64,000 nucleotides of DNA from an uncultured Thermoplasmata archaeon (GTDB lineage: Archaea; Thermoplasmatota; Thermoplasmata; UBA10834), in assembly GCA_964488505.1 (NCBI GenBank), contig CAZAUI010000002.1, positions 3,722 to 67,721 on the forward strand, in the 5' to 3' direction. The position numbers and the translations under genes are program-made. Shown piece by piece: positions 8,058 through 17,107 of this stretch. Each line of letters begins with the position of its first letter. The stretch's first letter is position 1. The notes under the pieces were generated by a model. That model had not been told where the DNA came from. It made no database searches and worked only from the letters and a program-made list of their open reading frames with translations.

Positions 8058-10097
8058 TCATTCGATCAGGGGCTCAGGGTCCTCCGGCTGCTGTCCGTCC
8101 TCCTCGGGGAGGTCGCGTATGGACGTCATGGCCGTCTCGCGGACCGCCAACTCGGCGGATGCGAGCGCGCTCACGAGGCTGATGGCGACCGCGCCTGCGA
8201 ATATGAGCATGGCGACGGCGGGCCCGAGGTCCAGCTCCAGCACGTGGCCGAAGACAACGAACATGTCCGAGCGGGCCAGGGCGACGGCCACGAGCAGGCC
8301 CGAGGCGACGCCTACGCTCGAGCCGATGAGCGACACCCCGAGCGCCTCCCGGAACACGATCGCCCGGATGCGGTCCCTGGACGCGCCGAGCGCGCGGATT
8401 ATCCCGAGCCTCTTCCGGCCGTCGCTGACCTCCTTCGAGAACGCGGACACGATCGCGAGGGTGGACAGGAGCGCGGCGACGACTCCCAGGGCGAACAGCG
8501 CGAGGGCGATGTTGCCCTCGGATATCTTGGCCGCCTCGTAGATCGGGATCGCGCCGGCCGACGAGAACGTGGCCGACCCGCCGTACCGGATCACGAGCTG
8601 TACAAGCTCCGGGTCGTCCGAGTACCACGGCGCCACATAGAACGACTCTGAGAACGAGCCGGCCTGGACGACGTGTTGGCTAGGGTCCAGGTCGAGCAGC
8701 TCGAAGCTGACGGTGACGGTCTCCGCCGGGCCGATGTAGACCTCCCGGGACGAATAGGGCATGCCGTCGAGCGTGAGGTTGACGGTGGTCGTGCCGCCCA
8801 TGGAACCACGGTTCTCCACGGTCACGAGCGCCGTGACGGCGTCACCTTCGACCGGCGACTCCGGGTCGACGGACAGGTCCACGGGGACCGGGAGGAACCA
8901 AGGTATCATCTCGGAGGTGTCCACGACCTCGACCGTGCGCGACGAGCCTTGGATGGGCATCCCGTCGAACTCTGTCCCGGCCGTGTCGAACTCGAGCGTA
9001 AAGGTGCCTTCCTCGTCAGCTGGCAACGCGCACCTGCCGAACGCGTCTGTGACATTCTCCGGGCTCGCGGAGTCCAGGAGCGTCACGCCGACGCCCGGTG
9101 CCGGGTCCCCTGAGTATGTCGATAGGGCCACCTCCAGGGACGAGCCCAATGCCACAGTGTCGTGGAACGATGCCACCAGGTACGGGGTGACGACGGAGAC
9201 GGACACGCTGAGCGTAACAGCGAAGTCACCCGATATCGTCGCGGAGATCTCGTGGACCATGACGACGTCGCTGCTGTACGTCGCGGACACGTTGGTCTCG
9301 CCGGACCCGTTGAGGGACACGGTCTCCTCATGGAACGATTCGCCCTGGTCCCTGAGGGATACGGTGACGGAGCCCGGTTCAGTGCCCCAGTTCCTCACGG
9401 CGACGGTGACCTCGCACTCCTCGCCCGGGACCAGCTGGCTGTCCGAGGCCGACAGGTCGTAAATGGCAAACCTTGCCCTGTCCGGTTCGAGCAGCGACTC
9501 CAGCCAAGCAGGGCTGGATGTGGACACGCGTATGATGGAGGCCTCGTCGGGAGCCATGCCCGACAGCGATCTCGCGACCTCGGACGATACCAGCATCTCA
9601 TCGTCCAGAGGCGAGTCCGAGCGGAACGTGCCGAGGACCTTGACGACCTCGACCCTGTAGTCGTAGCTTCCGGCCAGGGGGACGGTCCCAGGAAGAGGCA
9701 GGTCGAGCTTGTCGGCGAGCCTGTGGCCGACTATCGCGCATCCCGCGGAGAGCGTGCCAGACCCGTCTGCGAATTGCACGGTCAGGCTGGGCGGGACGGC
9801 CCTGACCCTGTCCCAATCCACCCCTCTCACGACGAACGAGTGGCCGTCCCAGGAGGAGAACGCGAAGACCTCGGGGCTCGCCCCGGTTATGTTCTCCATG
9901 CCCTCGAGTACGCGCGCCATGTCCATGTCGACCCTGCTCGAGAATATCGTGGGGGCGTCCGCGGACGCGATGACGTATCCTTCGCTCGCGGCGAACGCCG
10001 ACGGGGCGTCCCCTAGGCCGACGAGCACGGACACGGTCGCTGAGAATATCAAGACGGACAGCGCGATGACCGCCGTCACCCTGCGTCGGATGACCAT
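8058..10097 (-). CDS. FtsX/MacB-type ABC permease with a very large ectodomain containing CARDB-like modules
   Basis: 679 aa with an N-terminal TM (VTAVIALSVLIFSATVSVLVGL) and a ~480-aa ectodomain. CARDB-like stretches are VPGEECEVTVAVRNWGTEPGSVTVSL and VEGDAVTALVTVENRGSMGGTTTVNL. The C-terminal FtsX signature is GRKRLGIIRALGASRDRIRAIVFREALGVSLIGSSVGVASG followed by 3 TM helices. There is an ATGA start/stop overlap with the upstream permease at 10097. Confidence 0.8.
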   Translation of the reverse strand: MVIRRRVTAVIALSVLIFSATVSVLVGLGDAPSAFAASEGYVIASADAPTIFSSRVDMDMARVLEGMENITGASPEVFAFSSWDGHSFVVRGVDWDRVRAVPPSLTVQFADGSGTLSAGCAIVGHRLADKLDLPLPGTVPLAGSYDYRVEVVKVLGTFRSDSPLDDEMLVSSEVARSLSGMAPDEASIIRVSTSSPAWLESLLEPDRARFAIYDLSASDSQLVPGEECEVTVAVRNWGTEPGSVTVSLRDQGESFHEETVSLNGSGETNVSATYSSDVVMVHEISATISGDFAVTLSVSVSVVTPYLVASFHDTVALGSSLEVALSTYSGDPAPGVGVTLLDSASPENVTDAFGRCALPADEEGTFTLEFDTAGTEFDGMPIQGSSRTVEVVDTSEMIPWFLPVPVDLSVDPESPVEGDAVTALVTVENRGSMGGTTTVNLTLDGMPYSSREVYIGPAETVTVSFELLDLDPSQHVVQAGSFSESFYVAPWYSDDPELVQLVIRYGGSATFSSAGAIPIYEAAKISEGNIALALFALGVVAALLSTLAIVSAFSKEVSDGRKRLGIIRALGASRDRIRAIVFREALGVSLIGSSVGVASGLLVAVALARSDMFVVFGHVLELDLGPAVAMLIFAGAVAISLVSALASAELAVRETAMTSIRDLPEEDGQQPEDPEPLIE

Positions 10098-11140
10098 CAG
10101 AACGGTATCCCCTCCCTGAGGTCTGAGACAGGCGTGGAGATGGCCATCCTGGCCGCTGGCACGACCGAGCCGAGCACCGCGGCCGACACTGTGACCGCGA
10201 ACGAGACGACCAGCAACATCTCCTCGATCTCCACGACGAACACGGAGGTGAAGATGTGGGACGCGGCCGTGGAGACCGCGTAGGAGAGAACGATGCCCAG
10301 GGCGAGGCCGAGCGCCGCCCCGTACGCGCTAATCAGGAGCGCCTCGCCCAGGAGGTACGAGAGCACGCGTCTCCTGCCGGCCCCGAGAGTCTTGATGATG
10401 CCTATGTCGTGCCTCTTGTCCACGACCTCGGTGCCTATGAACCCGTACGCGAGGACGGCGATCACGAACGATGACGGTACCAGGACCCAGTAGGCGTCCG
10501 ATTCCAGCTCGTCCACGCCGGAGTCCAGGAACTCGACGATGGACACCATCGGCTGAACGGAGAACCCGTCGGACTCGAGGGCGGTCCTCTCAGCCGGGGA
10601 CAGGTCCTTCGACACCGCAAGGTTGCACGAGCCAGGCTCCTGCCCGGCCAACGAGAGGAGCAGCTCCTCGCTCCCCAGGATCCAAGCCGACGAGAACATC
10701 GAAGAGGAGAACGCGGACACGACCGTGACCTCCTGGGTCGTCTCGCCCACGAGCGTGAGGTTGCCGCTCAGGCCCAGCGATGTGCCGGTCCTGACCTCGC
10801 TCCCGGACGCTTCGAACGTCTCCACCAGGATGCCGTTCGGGTCGCTGACGCTGAAGACGGGCACGTCCGCCGAGCCCACCGACACGATTGTGATCACGCA
10901 CAAGGCGCTCGTCTGCTCAGCAGGCCCGAGAGAGGACGGGTCGAAGAAGTCCATGCCCGAGTCCCCGGGGCTCGAGACGATAGAGTACTCGGAGACGAAG
11001 TTGTCGGCGAGGGTGTCCATGGATGTCCTGAGGCCGGAGGCTATCGAGAAGCTGGCCACTATGAACATCGTGCACAGGGCGATCCCCCAGCTCGTGGACC
11101 GCGCCCGCTTGTCGAACTTGAACAGCGGGAGGGCGCGCAT
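10097..11140 (-). CDS. FtsX/MacB-type ABC permease
   Basis: 347 aa. It has a TM1 (WGIALCTMFIVASFSIASGL), a ~200-aa ectodomain, the FtsX signature KRHDIGIIKTLGAGRRRVLSYLLGEALLISAYGAALGLALG, and further TM helices. Confidence 0.8.
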   Translation of the reverse strand: MRALPLFKFDKRARSTSWGIALCTMFIVASFSIASGLRTSMDTLADNFVSEYSIVSSPGDSGMDFFDPSSLGPAEQTSALCVITIVSVGSADVPVFSVSDPNGILVETFEASGSEVRTGTSLGLSGNLTLVGETTQEVTVVSAFSSSMFSSAWILGSEELLLSLAGQEPGSCNLAVSKDLSPAERTALESDGFSVQPMVSIVEFLDSGVDELESDAYWVLVPSSFVIAVLAYGFIGTEVVDKRHDIGIIKTLGAGRRRVLSYLLGEALLISAYGAALGLALGIVLSYAVSTAASHIFTSVFVVEIEEMLLVVSFAVTVSAAVLGSVVPAARMAISTPVSDLREGIPF

Positions 11141-11192
11141 CGGATACGCGGCGAAGATGGCCTCGCCACGATTAAAAGGCTTCCAGTAGGAC

Positions 11193-12377
11193 TCACTCGA
11201 CGCTGTCGGCGACGAGCGACACGAGCTCGGCCACTGGCATGTCTATCCCGGCCTTCTTCGCGCCGCCCGTCAGGTTCGTCACGCAGAACGGACACGCGGA
11301 CACGAGCATCTCGGCGCCCGTGTCCTTCGCCTCCTGGACCCTGAGGGACGCGATGAACTCCGCGCGGTCGTTGAACTGTATCTTGTATCCCCCGCCGGCG
11401 CCGCAGCACTGCGAGTCGAGGCGGTTCCTCGGGAGCTCGAGGTACTTGGAGCCGGGGAAGGCTTTCAGTATCCGCCTGGGCTCCTCGAATATCCCGAAGT
11501 GGCGGCCTATGTGGCACGGGTCGTGGTACGCGACCTTCCTCGGTAGCGGCCGCTTCAGTTTGAGCCTCTTGTCCTTGATGAGCTTGTCTATGAACTGGGT
11601 CATGTGGAGCAGCTCGAAGTCGAGTTTGCCCGCGTAGACAGGGTAGTTGTGGCTCAGGGTCATGAAGCAGCCGGCGCACGCGGTGACCACCTTGGTCGCG
11701 CCGCGCTTCTCTATCTCTCGCAGGTTGTGCTTCACCAGGCCGTCCTTCTCGTCGGTGACGATGTCAGTCTGGCCGGTCCTTATCAGAGGGGAGCCGCAGC
11801 ACCATTCGTCCCTGCCGAGGACGTCGTATTCTATGCCCGCGGCCTCGAGGACTCGCAGGGCGTCCTGGGCGATCCTCTGCTGCCTGTAGCTCGCGGTGCA
11901 GCCCGTGAAGTACAGCACTTCGGGGTCCTTGGACCGCTTCGCGGTCTTGGGCACCCACGCATCCCTGTTCTCGTGCGGCTCGTCGTACGGGTTGTGCTTC
12001 GCGATGACCCTGGCCCTCAGGGCCTTGTGCTTGTCCAGGGGCCCGACGCCGTTCTTGACGAACCACTCCTTGACCTGCTCCCAGCGGTCGTTGAACTTTA
12101 TCTCGACATGGCACGCGACCTGGCAGTAGCCGCACGCCGTGCAGTTGTACACCCTCTCGACGAACTCGGGGGATATCTCCGGGGCGTTGCCCAGGAACCT
12201 CTGCATGAACCCCGGCCGGACGTACTTCTTGAGATGGTACATCTTGCCGCGGACGCGGTACGATTCGAACCCGCGGTCGGGGTTCAACTGGATAGGGCAC
12301 ACGAAGTTGCAGTACCCGCATTGGAGGCACGCGCGCAGGTCGCGCTCGACGTCCCCTGGCAGAGGCGACAGCCTCAT
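11193..12377 (-). CDS. HdrD/GlcF/GlpC-family iron-sulfur protein (two 4Fe-4S ferredoxin motifs plus two CCG domains); HdrD-like
   Basis: CLQCGYCNFVCP and CTACGYCQVACH are CxxCxxCxxxC(P/H) motifs. The CCG-domain cysteines are FTGCTASY...EWCCGSP...ACAGC and DPCHIGRH...SQCCGAGGG...ACPFC. 394 aa, ATG at 12375-12377. Confidence 0.8.
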   Translation of the reverse strand: MRLSPLPGDVERDLRACLQCGYCNFVCPIQLNPDRGFESYRVRGKMYHLKKYVRPGFMQRFLGNAPEISPEFVERVYNCTACGYCQVACHVEIKFNDRWEQVKEWFVKNGVGPLDKHKALRARVIAKHNPYDEPHENRDAWVPKTAKRSKDPEVLYFTGCTASYRQQRIAQDALRVLEAAGIEYDVLGRDEWCCGSPLIRTGQTDIVTDEKDGLVKHNLREIEKRGATKVVTACAGCFMTLSHNYPVYAGKLDFELLHMTQFIDKLIKDKRLKLKRPLPRKVAYHDPCHIGRHFGIFEEPRRILKAFPGSKYLELPRNRLDSQCCGAGGGYKIQFNDRAEFIASLRVQEAKDTGAEMLVSACPFCVTNLTGGAKKAGIDMPVAELVSLVADSVE

Positions 12378-12628
12378 GTCACCGTTATCAACGGGAGCCG
12401 TACTTTAAGTGATGGATGGCAGAGACCGCATTCAGGATCATCACGTCGCGAGGCGTGCACAGGTTCTGAAGTCTTGAACGCAGTAAAATGGAGACTTCGG
12501 GAGCGGTCTCGGAGTCCTCCTAGAGGGGTCATTGCCCGCTCCGCCGTCTCGTTCAGTTCTATGCGCCCCGCCCTTAAGTAACTATCTCGCGGACGTAGCG
12601 GGTCGGGCTCCGGCCCGACGCACCAAGT

Positions 12629-13021
12629 TCATGCCACGACGAGCTTCTTCTCGCTCTCCCATAGCCCGTGGATGTTGCAGAGCGAGACAGCGTACAGGGT
12701 CCCGGCCTTCTTGGTCTTCATCGACACGGTCGCCTTGTGGTGCGTGTATATGGTGCTCGTGTCGACGCCCTCGGCGCCCTCGCCGTGGGCCGTGAACTCC
12801 ACCCTCGCGATCTGGTAGCTGAACTTCGCCCCGTCAGGGTGGAAGTAGAGCGTTATCCACCGGATGTGATGGGCGGTCGTGTTCGGGTGCGCGATGTCCT
12901 TCCCCACCATGATGTCCACGTCGAACACCTGGTCCGGGGCGACGCTGTCAGGGCATTCGATGACCGGCACATGCTTCTCGGTCTTCCAATCTGCCTTGCC
13001 TAGATGCTCCTCTATCGGCAT
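12629..13021 (-). CDS. sor: Superoxide reductase (one-domain neelaredoxin / desulfoferrodoxin centre-II type)
   Basis: 130 aa with the metal-ligand pattern EKHVPVI, HPNTTAHHIRWI, and the C-terminal CNIHGLWE. Confidence 0.85.
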   Translation of the reverse strand: MPIEEHLGKADWKTEKHVPVIECPDSVAPDQVFDVDIMVGKDIAHPNTTAHHIRWITLYFHPDGAKFSYQIARVEFTAHGEGAEGVDTSTIYTHHKATVSMKTKKAGTLYAVSLCNIHGLWESEKKLVVA

Positions 13022-13115
13022 TTCTCCAATCCTCCTCTGTCCACGCTCGGGATTACAGACGGCCCTCGCACGTATCAGGGAGTTGATATCTCTTTCACCT
13101 GCGAGGTCAGGGTCG

Positions 13116-14294
13116 TCAGCGCTTCTTCCGTCTGTCCTGCTGCTTCTCCTTCTCGCGCCTGACCTTCGTCTCCAGGGTCTCGAGAAGGTCGGACATGGCC
13201 TTGTAGAGGTCCCAGCCGGCGCCGTGGACGTAGTACATCGCCTCGTCCGTGTTCAGCCTCGCCCTGAGGCTGAACTTGCTCGCCATGCCCTCGTGATCGT
13301 AAGTTGCGACATGTAGGTAGAACACCCTCGGCCGGTCCATCTTCGCGATCCTCTTCATCCCCTTGCCGATCAGGGAGTAAAGCCCGTCCAGGACATCGGG
13401 TTCGTGCATGGTCATGCCCGATATCTGGACGAAGACCTGGTCCCTCGGCCTGAGGCTGAGCAGCTGGGACATGAGGTCCGCCTGGTCGACGACTCCCACG
13501 AGCCTGTCCTCGTCGGTCACGAAGAGCGTGGACAGGCCGCGGTCGAGCATGAGGTCCACTATGCGCCCCAGGGTGTCGTCAGGGGAGACGGACACCACGT
13601 TCCTCGTCATCACGCTCCCGACCTTGATCTGCGCCCTCGTCCTGCCGTCGAACACCTTCCTCGGAGGCTTCGGGCTCCTCTGAGGCATGTCGCCCTTGGG
13701 CGACCACACCGTATCCATGATCTCGGTCATCCCCACGACGCCCACCAGCTTGCCGCCGTCGCCTACGACCGGAAGCGCCTTCTCGTTCAGGTCCTCCATG
13801 ATGACCTGCGCCTTGCTGATGGACTCGTCAGGCGTGACCGACTGCGGCTCCGCGGTCATGATGTCCCTGGCCTTCAGGAGCCTGAGCTCCGATATGCTAG
13901 GCATGAGCTTGATGAGGTCGGAACGGGACACGAACCCAACGAGCCTGTTCCCGCGCATGACTGGCGCGCCCCTGATGCCTGTGGCGACCAGGAGTTCGGC
14001 GATGTCCAGAACGCTGTCGTCCTCCTTGATCTTCGAGACGGGCAGCATGATGGAGGAGACCTTCGCGTTGATGGGGACGCTCCTGCGCTCGATGAACGAT
14101 GTGTAGCTCACGAGGCCTACTGGCACCCCCTTGGAGAGCACGGGCAGTTCCTTCACTCTGTGCCTCCTGATGGTCGCAATAGCGTCAGAGACCGAGTCGC
14201 CCACGTCGACGGTGACCGGTGAAGTCGTCATGACGGAACGTGCCTTGATGTCGTCAGTCCTTGTCATCTTCCTCTCCCACGGAACTCTATCCAT
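13116..14294 (-). CDS. Four-CBS-domain protein fused to a C-terminal HPF/RaiA (ribosomal S30AE)-like domain
   Basis: Four CBS-like units are present (ARSVMTTSPVTVDV..., VSSIMLPVSKIKED..., ARDIMTAEPQSVTP..., VGSVMTRNVVSVSP...). The last ~100 aa, VFVQISGMTMHEPDVLDGLYSLIGKGMKRIAKM...FYLHVATYD...FSLRARLN...GAGWDLYKAMSDLLETLETKVRREKEK, follow the HPF pattern (i.ItG.n.e.t..l..yv..Kl.kl....v.v.l.....e..l.......dmY.AID.l.dkLe.ql.k.Kek). Confidence 0.75.
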   Translation of the reverse strand: MDRVPWERKMTRTDDIKARSVMTTSPVTVDVGDSVSDAIATIRRHRVKELPVLSKGVPVGLVSYTSFIERRSVPINAKVSSIMLPVSKIKEDDSVLDIAELLVATGIRGAPVMRGNRLVGFVSRSDLIKLMPSISELRLLKARDIMTAEPQSVTPDESISKAQVIMEDLNEKALPVVGDGGKLVGVVGMTEIMDTVWSPKGDMPQRSPKPPRKVFDGRTRAQIKVGSVMTRNVVSVSPDDTLGRIVDLMLDRGLSTLFVTDEDRLVGVVDQADLMSQLLSLRPRDQVFVQISGMTMHEPDVLDGLYSLIGKGMKRIAKMDRPRVFYLHVATYDHEGMASKFSLRARLNTDEAMYYVHGAGWDLYKAMSDLLETLETKVRREKEKQQDRRKKR

Positions 14295-14568
14295 CGCATC
14301 ATATTTGCATCCTTGTATGGATGGGCCCGGACCATCTTAACGAGACGGCCGCTCAGACTGCGTTAGAGTGACAAAAAAGGTCGTTCCGTGCACATATATC
14401 CCTAGTATTGCGCGATAAAGACGATGTGCCCACCATGCTCTCCGGCCGGGCGCGGGCCCCGCTCGGGAAAGGTTCATATCCGACACCCGCCTTCACCCGC
14501 CCGAGGCATTGTTTTACCGTTTCCAGCCTCGCAATCCAGGAAACGCGGATGGTCCGGAGGCTGTTCGG

Positions 14569-14784
14569 ATGGTTCGCGTGCTGAGGAACAAGTGGTTCTG
14601 GGCGGCGGCGTTCTCGCTGCTCTTCGTCCTGTCGATAGACCTGTGGGCCTGGGACTGGTCCTTCCCGACGCTGTTCGGGCTGCCGTACATCATCACGTGG
14701 ATCGCGGTCCTCGAAGTCGGCCTGTTCGCGCTCTTCGCGCTCTTCGTCAAGTACTACTGGACCGAGGACGGGGGTGAGTCCTGA
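14569..14784 (+). CDS. Small two-TM membrane protein (DUF3311-like companion of solute:sodium symporters)
   Basis: MVRVLRNKWFWAAAFSLLFVLSIDLWAWDW...YIITWIAVLEVGLFALFALFV, with ATG at 14569. Its stop overlaps the symporter start (TGATG at 14782-14786). The 14509 start adds a non-hydrophobic leader. Confidence 0.6.
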   Translation: MVRVLRNKWFWAAAFSLLFVLSIDLWAWDWSFPTLFGLPYIITWIAVLEVGLFALFALFVKYYWTEDGGES

Positions 14785-16232
14785 TGGACATCGTCGCCGT
14801 CACGTTCTTCGCCGTCTACCTCGGCGTGATGCTCGCCATCGCGTTCTACGCGTACAGGAGGTCCAAGAAGACCTCGGAGGACTACTTCGTCGCTTCGAGG
14901 AGCATCGGGCCCGTCGTGCTGTTCCTGTCCCTGGCGGCCACGAACTTCAGCGCGTTCACGTTCTTCGGGTTCGCCGGGGCGGCGTACAAGTTCGGGCTGG
15001 CGTACTACGGCATCATGGCCTTCGGGACAGGCCTGATGGCCATCTCCTTCTTCCTGCTCGGGAGGAGGATATGGAGGCTCGGGAAGGAACGAGGGTACAT
15101 CACCCCGCCCGAGCTCATAGGGGACAGGTTCAACTCCGATTCGCTCAGGATGATCTTCCTAGCGGTCATGGTCGTGTTCACGCTCCCGTACATCGCCACG
15201 CAGGCGATCGGGGGAGGCATCGCGCTGACCCAGCTCACGGACGGCGAGGTGTCCTACGAGCTCGGCGCGATTCTGGTGACGGTCGTGGTCGTGGCGTATG
15301 TCACGATAGGCGGTATGAGGGCGGACGCGTACACGGACGTGCTCCAGGGCGTCATGATGCTCGTGACCCTGATCGCGGCCGTGGGGATAGTCTCGGCCGG
15401 CCTCGGAGGCTTCACGGAGGCGAACACCAGGCTCGCCGAGGAGTTCCCGGAGCTGGTGTCGAGGCCAGGCGGCGGGGACTTCTTCACGCCGCAGATATGG
15501 TTCAGCTACATGCTGCTCTGGCTGTTCTGCGACCCGATGTTCCCGCAGCTGTTCGTCAGGTTCTACAGCGCGAGGGACGAGAGGTCCATCAAGCTCTCCA
15601 TGGTCATGTACGCGCCCATCACGGCCATCGTGTTCCTCTGCCCGGTCCTCATAGGCGCCTGGGGCCACCTCCAGTTCCCCGGGCTCGCAGGCTCTGAGCC
15701 GGACCAGATACTGCCCATGATGGTCGGCGAGTTCGCGCCCGGGTGGATACTCGGGATCATGCTCGCCGGGGCCTTCGCCGCGCTGATGTCCACCGCGGAC
15801 TCGCAGCTCCTGGTGCTCAGCTCGATGCTCACCAGGGACGTGTACAAGAAGTGGTTCAAGAGTGACGCGAACCAGACGCACGAGTTCGTCGTCGGGAAGA
15901 TACTCGTGGTCGTGCTCGCGCTCATGAGCCTCGCGATAGCCCTGAGCTCCGTCGAGACGCTCTTCGAGACGCTCACCAAGACCACGTTCACCGGGCTCGC
16001 GGTGCTGTTCCCCACTACCGTCGCGGCGCTCTACTGGAAGCGCGCGAACAAGTGGGGCTGCATCGCGTCCATAGTCACGGGGGAGGCGGTCTATGTGGGG
16101 CTGTACTTCAAGGTGCTCCCGGCATCGCTGTCGTTCGGGTTCCTCCAGGTCGTGCCCGTCATGATCGCGGCCGTCGCGGCGCTGGTGGCCGTCTCGTTGC
16201 TGACATCGCCGAGGCCAAAGACCAACGTGTAA
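14784..16232 (+). CDS. Sodium:solute symporter family (SSF) transporter
   Basis: 482 aa with about 13 TM helices. The N-terminus is typical of the family (FFAVYLGVMLAIAFYAYRRSKKTSEDYFVASRSIGP...LAATNFSAFTFFGFAGAAY). The substrate is not assignable. Confidence 0.9.
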   Translation: MDIVAVTFFAVYLGVMLAIAFYAYRRSKKTSEDYFVASRSIGPVVLFLSLAATNFSAFTFFGFAGAAYKFGLAYYGIMAFGTGLMAISFFLLGRRIWRLGKERGYITPPELIGDRFNSDSLRMIFLAVMVVFTLPYIATQAIGGGIALTQLTDGEVSYELGAILVTVVVVAYVTIGGMRADAYTDVLQGVMMLVTLIAAVGIVSAGLGGFTEANTRLAEEFPELVSRPGGGDFFTPQIWFSYMLLWLFCDPMFPQLFVRFYSARDERSIKLSMVMYAPITAIVFLCPVLIGAWGHLQFPGLAGSEPDQILPMMVGEFAPGWILGIMLAGAFAALMSTADSQLLVLSSMLTRDVYKKWFKSDANQTHEFVVGKILVVVLALMSLAIALSSVETLFETLTKTTFTGLAVLFPTTVAALYWKRANKWGCIASIVTGEAVYVGLYFKVLPASLSFGFLQVVPVMIAAVAALVAVSLLTSPRPKTNV

Positions 16233-16241
16233 GAGCCCGGC

Positions 16242-16964
16242 TCAGCTCTTCATCATCATGAAAACGCGGTAGTCCATGTTGTACGTGAGGAACTCGGGCC
16301 AGTCCCACTGCTTGGACGCCACGAGCTGCTTCACGGTCCTGGTAAGGTCCGTCTGGCCGAGTATGATGAGGCCGGAGTTGAGCGCGAACGTTGAGAATTC
16401 GCTCACCGTTATGGCGCCGCCTATGCACTGCTCCCACGAGCCGTCCTGGGCGTCCCTGGTGGTCCTGAAGGCGTCGGAAACCGCGACCCGCGCGCCCGAC
16501 TTTGCGATCCTCGATATCTCGCTGAACACCGCGCGCTTGTCGGGTATGAGGTTGATGGTCGCCTGGCTCATGACCACGTCCGCGGAGCGCCTCGCGAGCG
16601 GGATCTGCTCCATGTCGCCCTTGACGAGCTCGACGTCCAGGTCCCTGAACCTGGAGTGGCGCGAGATGGTCCTCGCGACCTTCAGCCCGAGGGACGAGAA
16701 GTCCACTCCTATCACCCTGCCCGGAGGGGATACCTCCATCGCCCTGAACGCGAGGGTGCCCGTGCCCATGCCGAGGTCCACCACCGTCTTCCCCGTGAGC
16801 GGCACGACCATCGATATCAGGGGGTCCGAGACCGAGGCCAGCCTGTTCCTGCGGTCGGAGGCGGCCTTCTCGTCGTGGCGCCCCCACTGGGCATCGTACG
16901 CGGCCATCGTGCTGCGCTTGACGTCCCTGTCTCCCGAACATGCGGGGCACTTGTGCTCGTCCAT
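16242..16964 (-). CDS. Class I SAM-dependent methyltransferase
   Basis: Motif I is TVVDLGMGTGTLAF. Post-I is VIGVDFS. DVVMSQATINLIPDK is typical of the UbiE/ArsM-like Methyltransf_11/31 group. 240 aa. Confidence 0.8.
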   Translation of the reverse strand: MDEHKCPACSGDRDVKRSTMAAYDAQWGRHDEKAASDRRNRLASVSDPLISMVVPLTGKTVVDLGMGTGTLAFRAMEVSPPGRVIGVDFSSLGLKVARTISRHSRFRDLDVELVKGDMEQIPLARRSADVVMSQATINLIPDKRAVFSEISRIAKSGARVAVSDAFRTTRDAQDGSWEQCIGGAITVSEFSTFALNSGLIILGQTDLTRTVKQLVASKQWDWPEFLTYNMDYRVFMMMKS

Positions 16965-17107
16965 TCGTCGCTGGCTCCCGGGCGCTCCGGGACATGCATC
17001 GACGGGGCCGGCTAAAAGACTTCTTTAGGGCGTGCGACAGTACCTGTACCCTCGACAGGCTTCTAGCATCTATATCGGGAGAGGATGGTTTGGACCTCGC
17101 AAGGAAG

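Noticed and set aside
16940-17107. Upstream 56 codons of the gldA-like ORF.
   Set aside because: They overlap the 5' end of the divergent methyltransferase gene and are Arg/Cys-rich. The GldA-like sequence begins right after the ATG at 17108.
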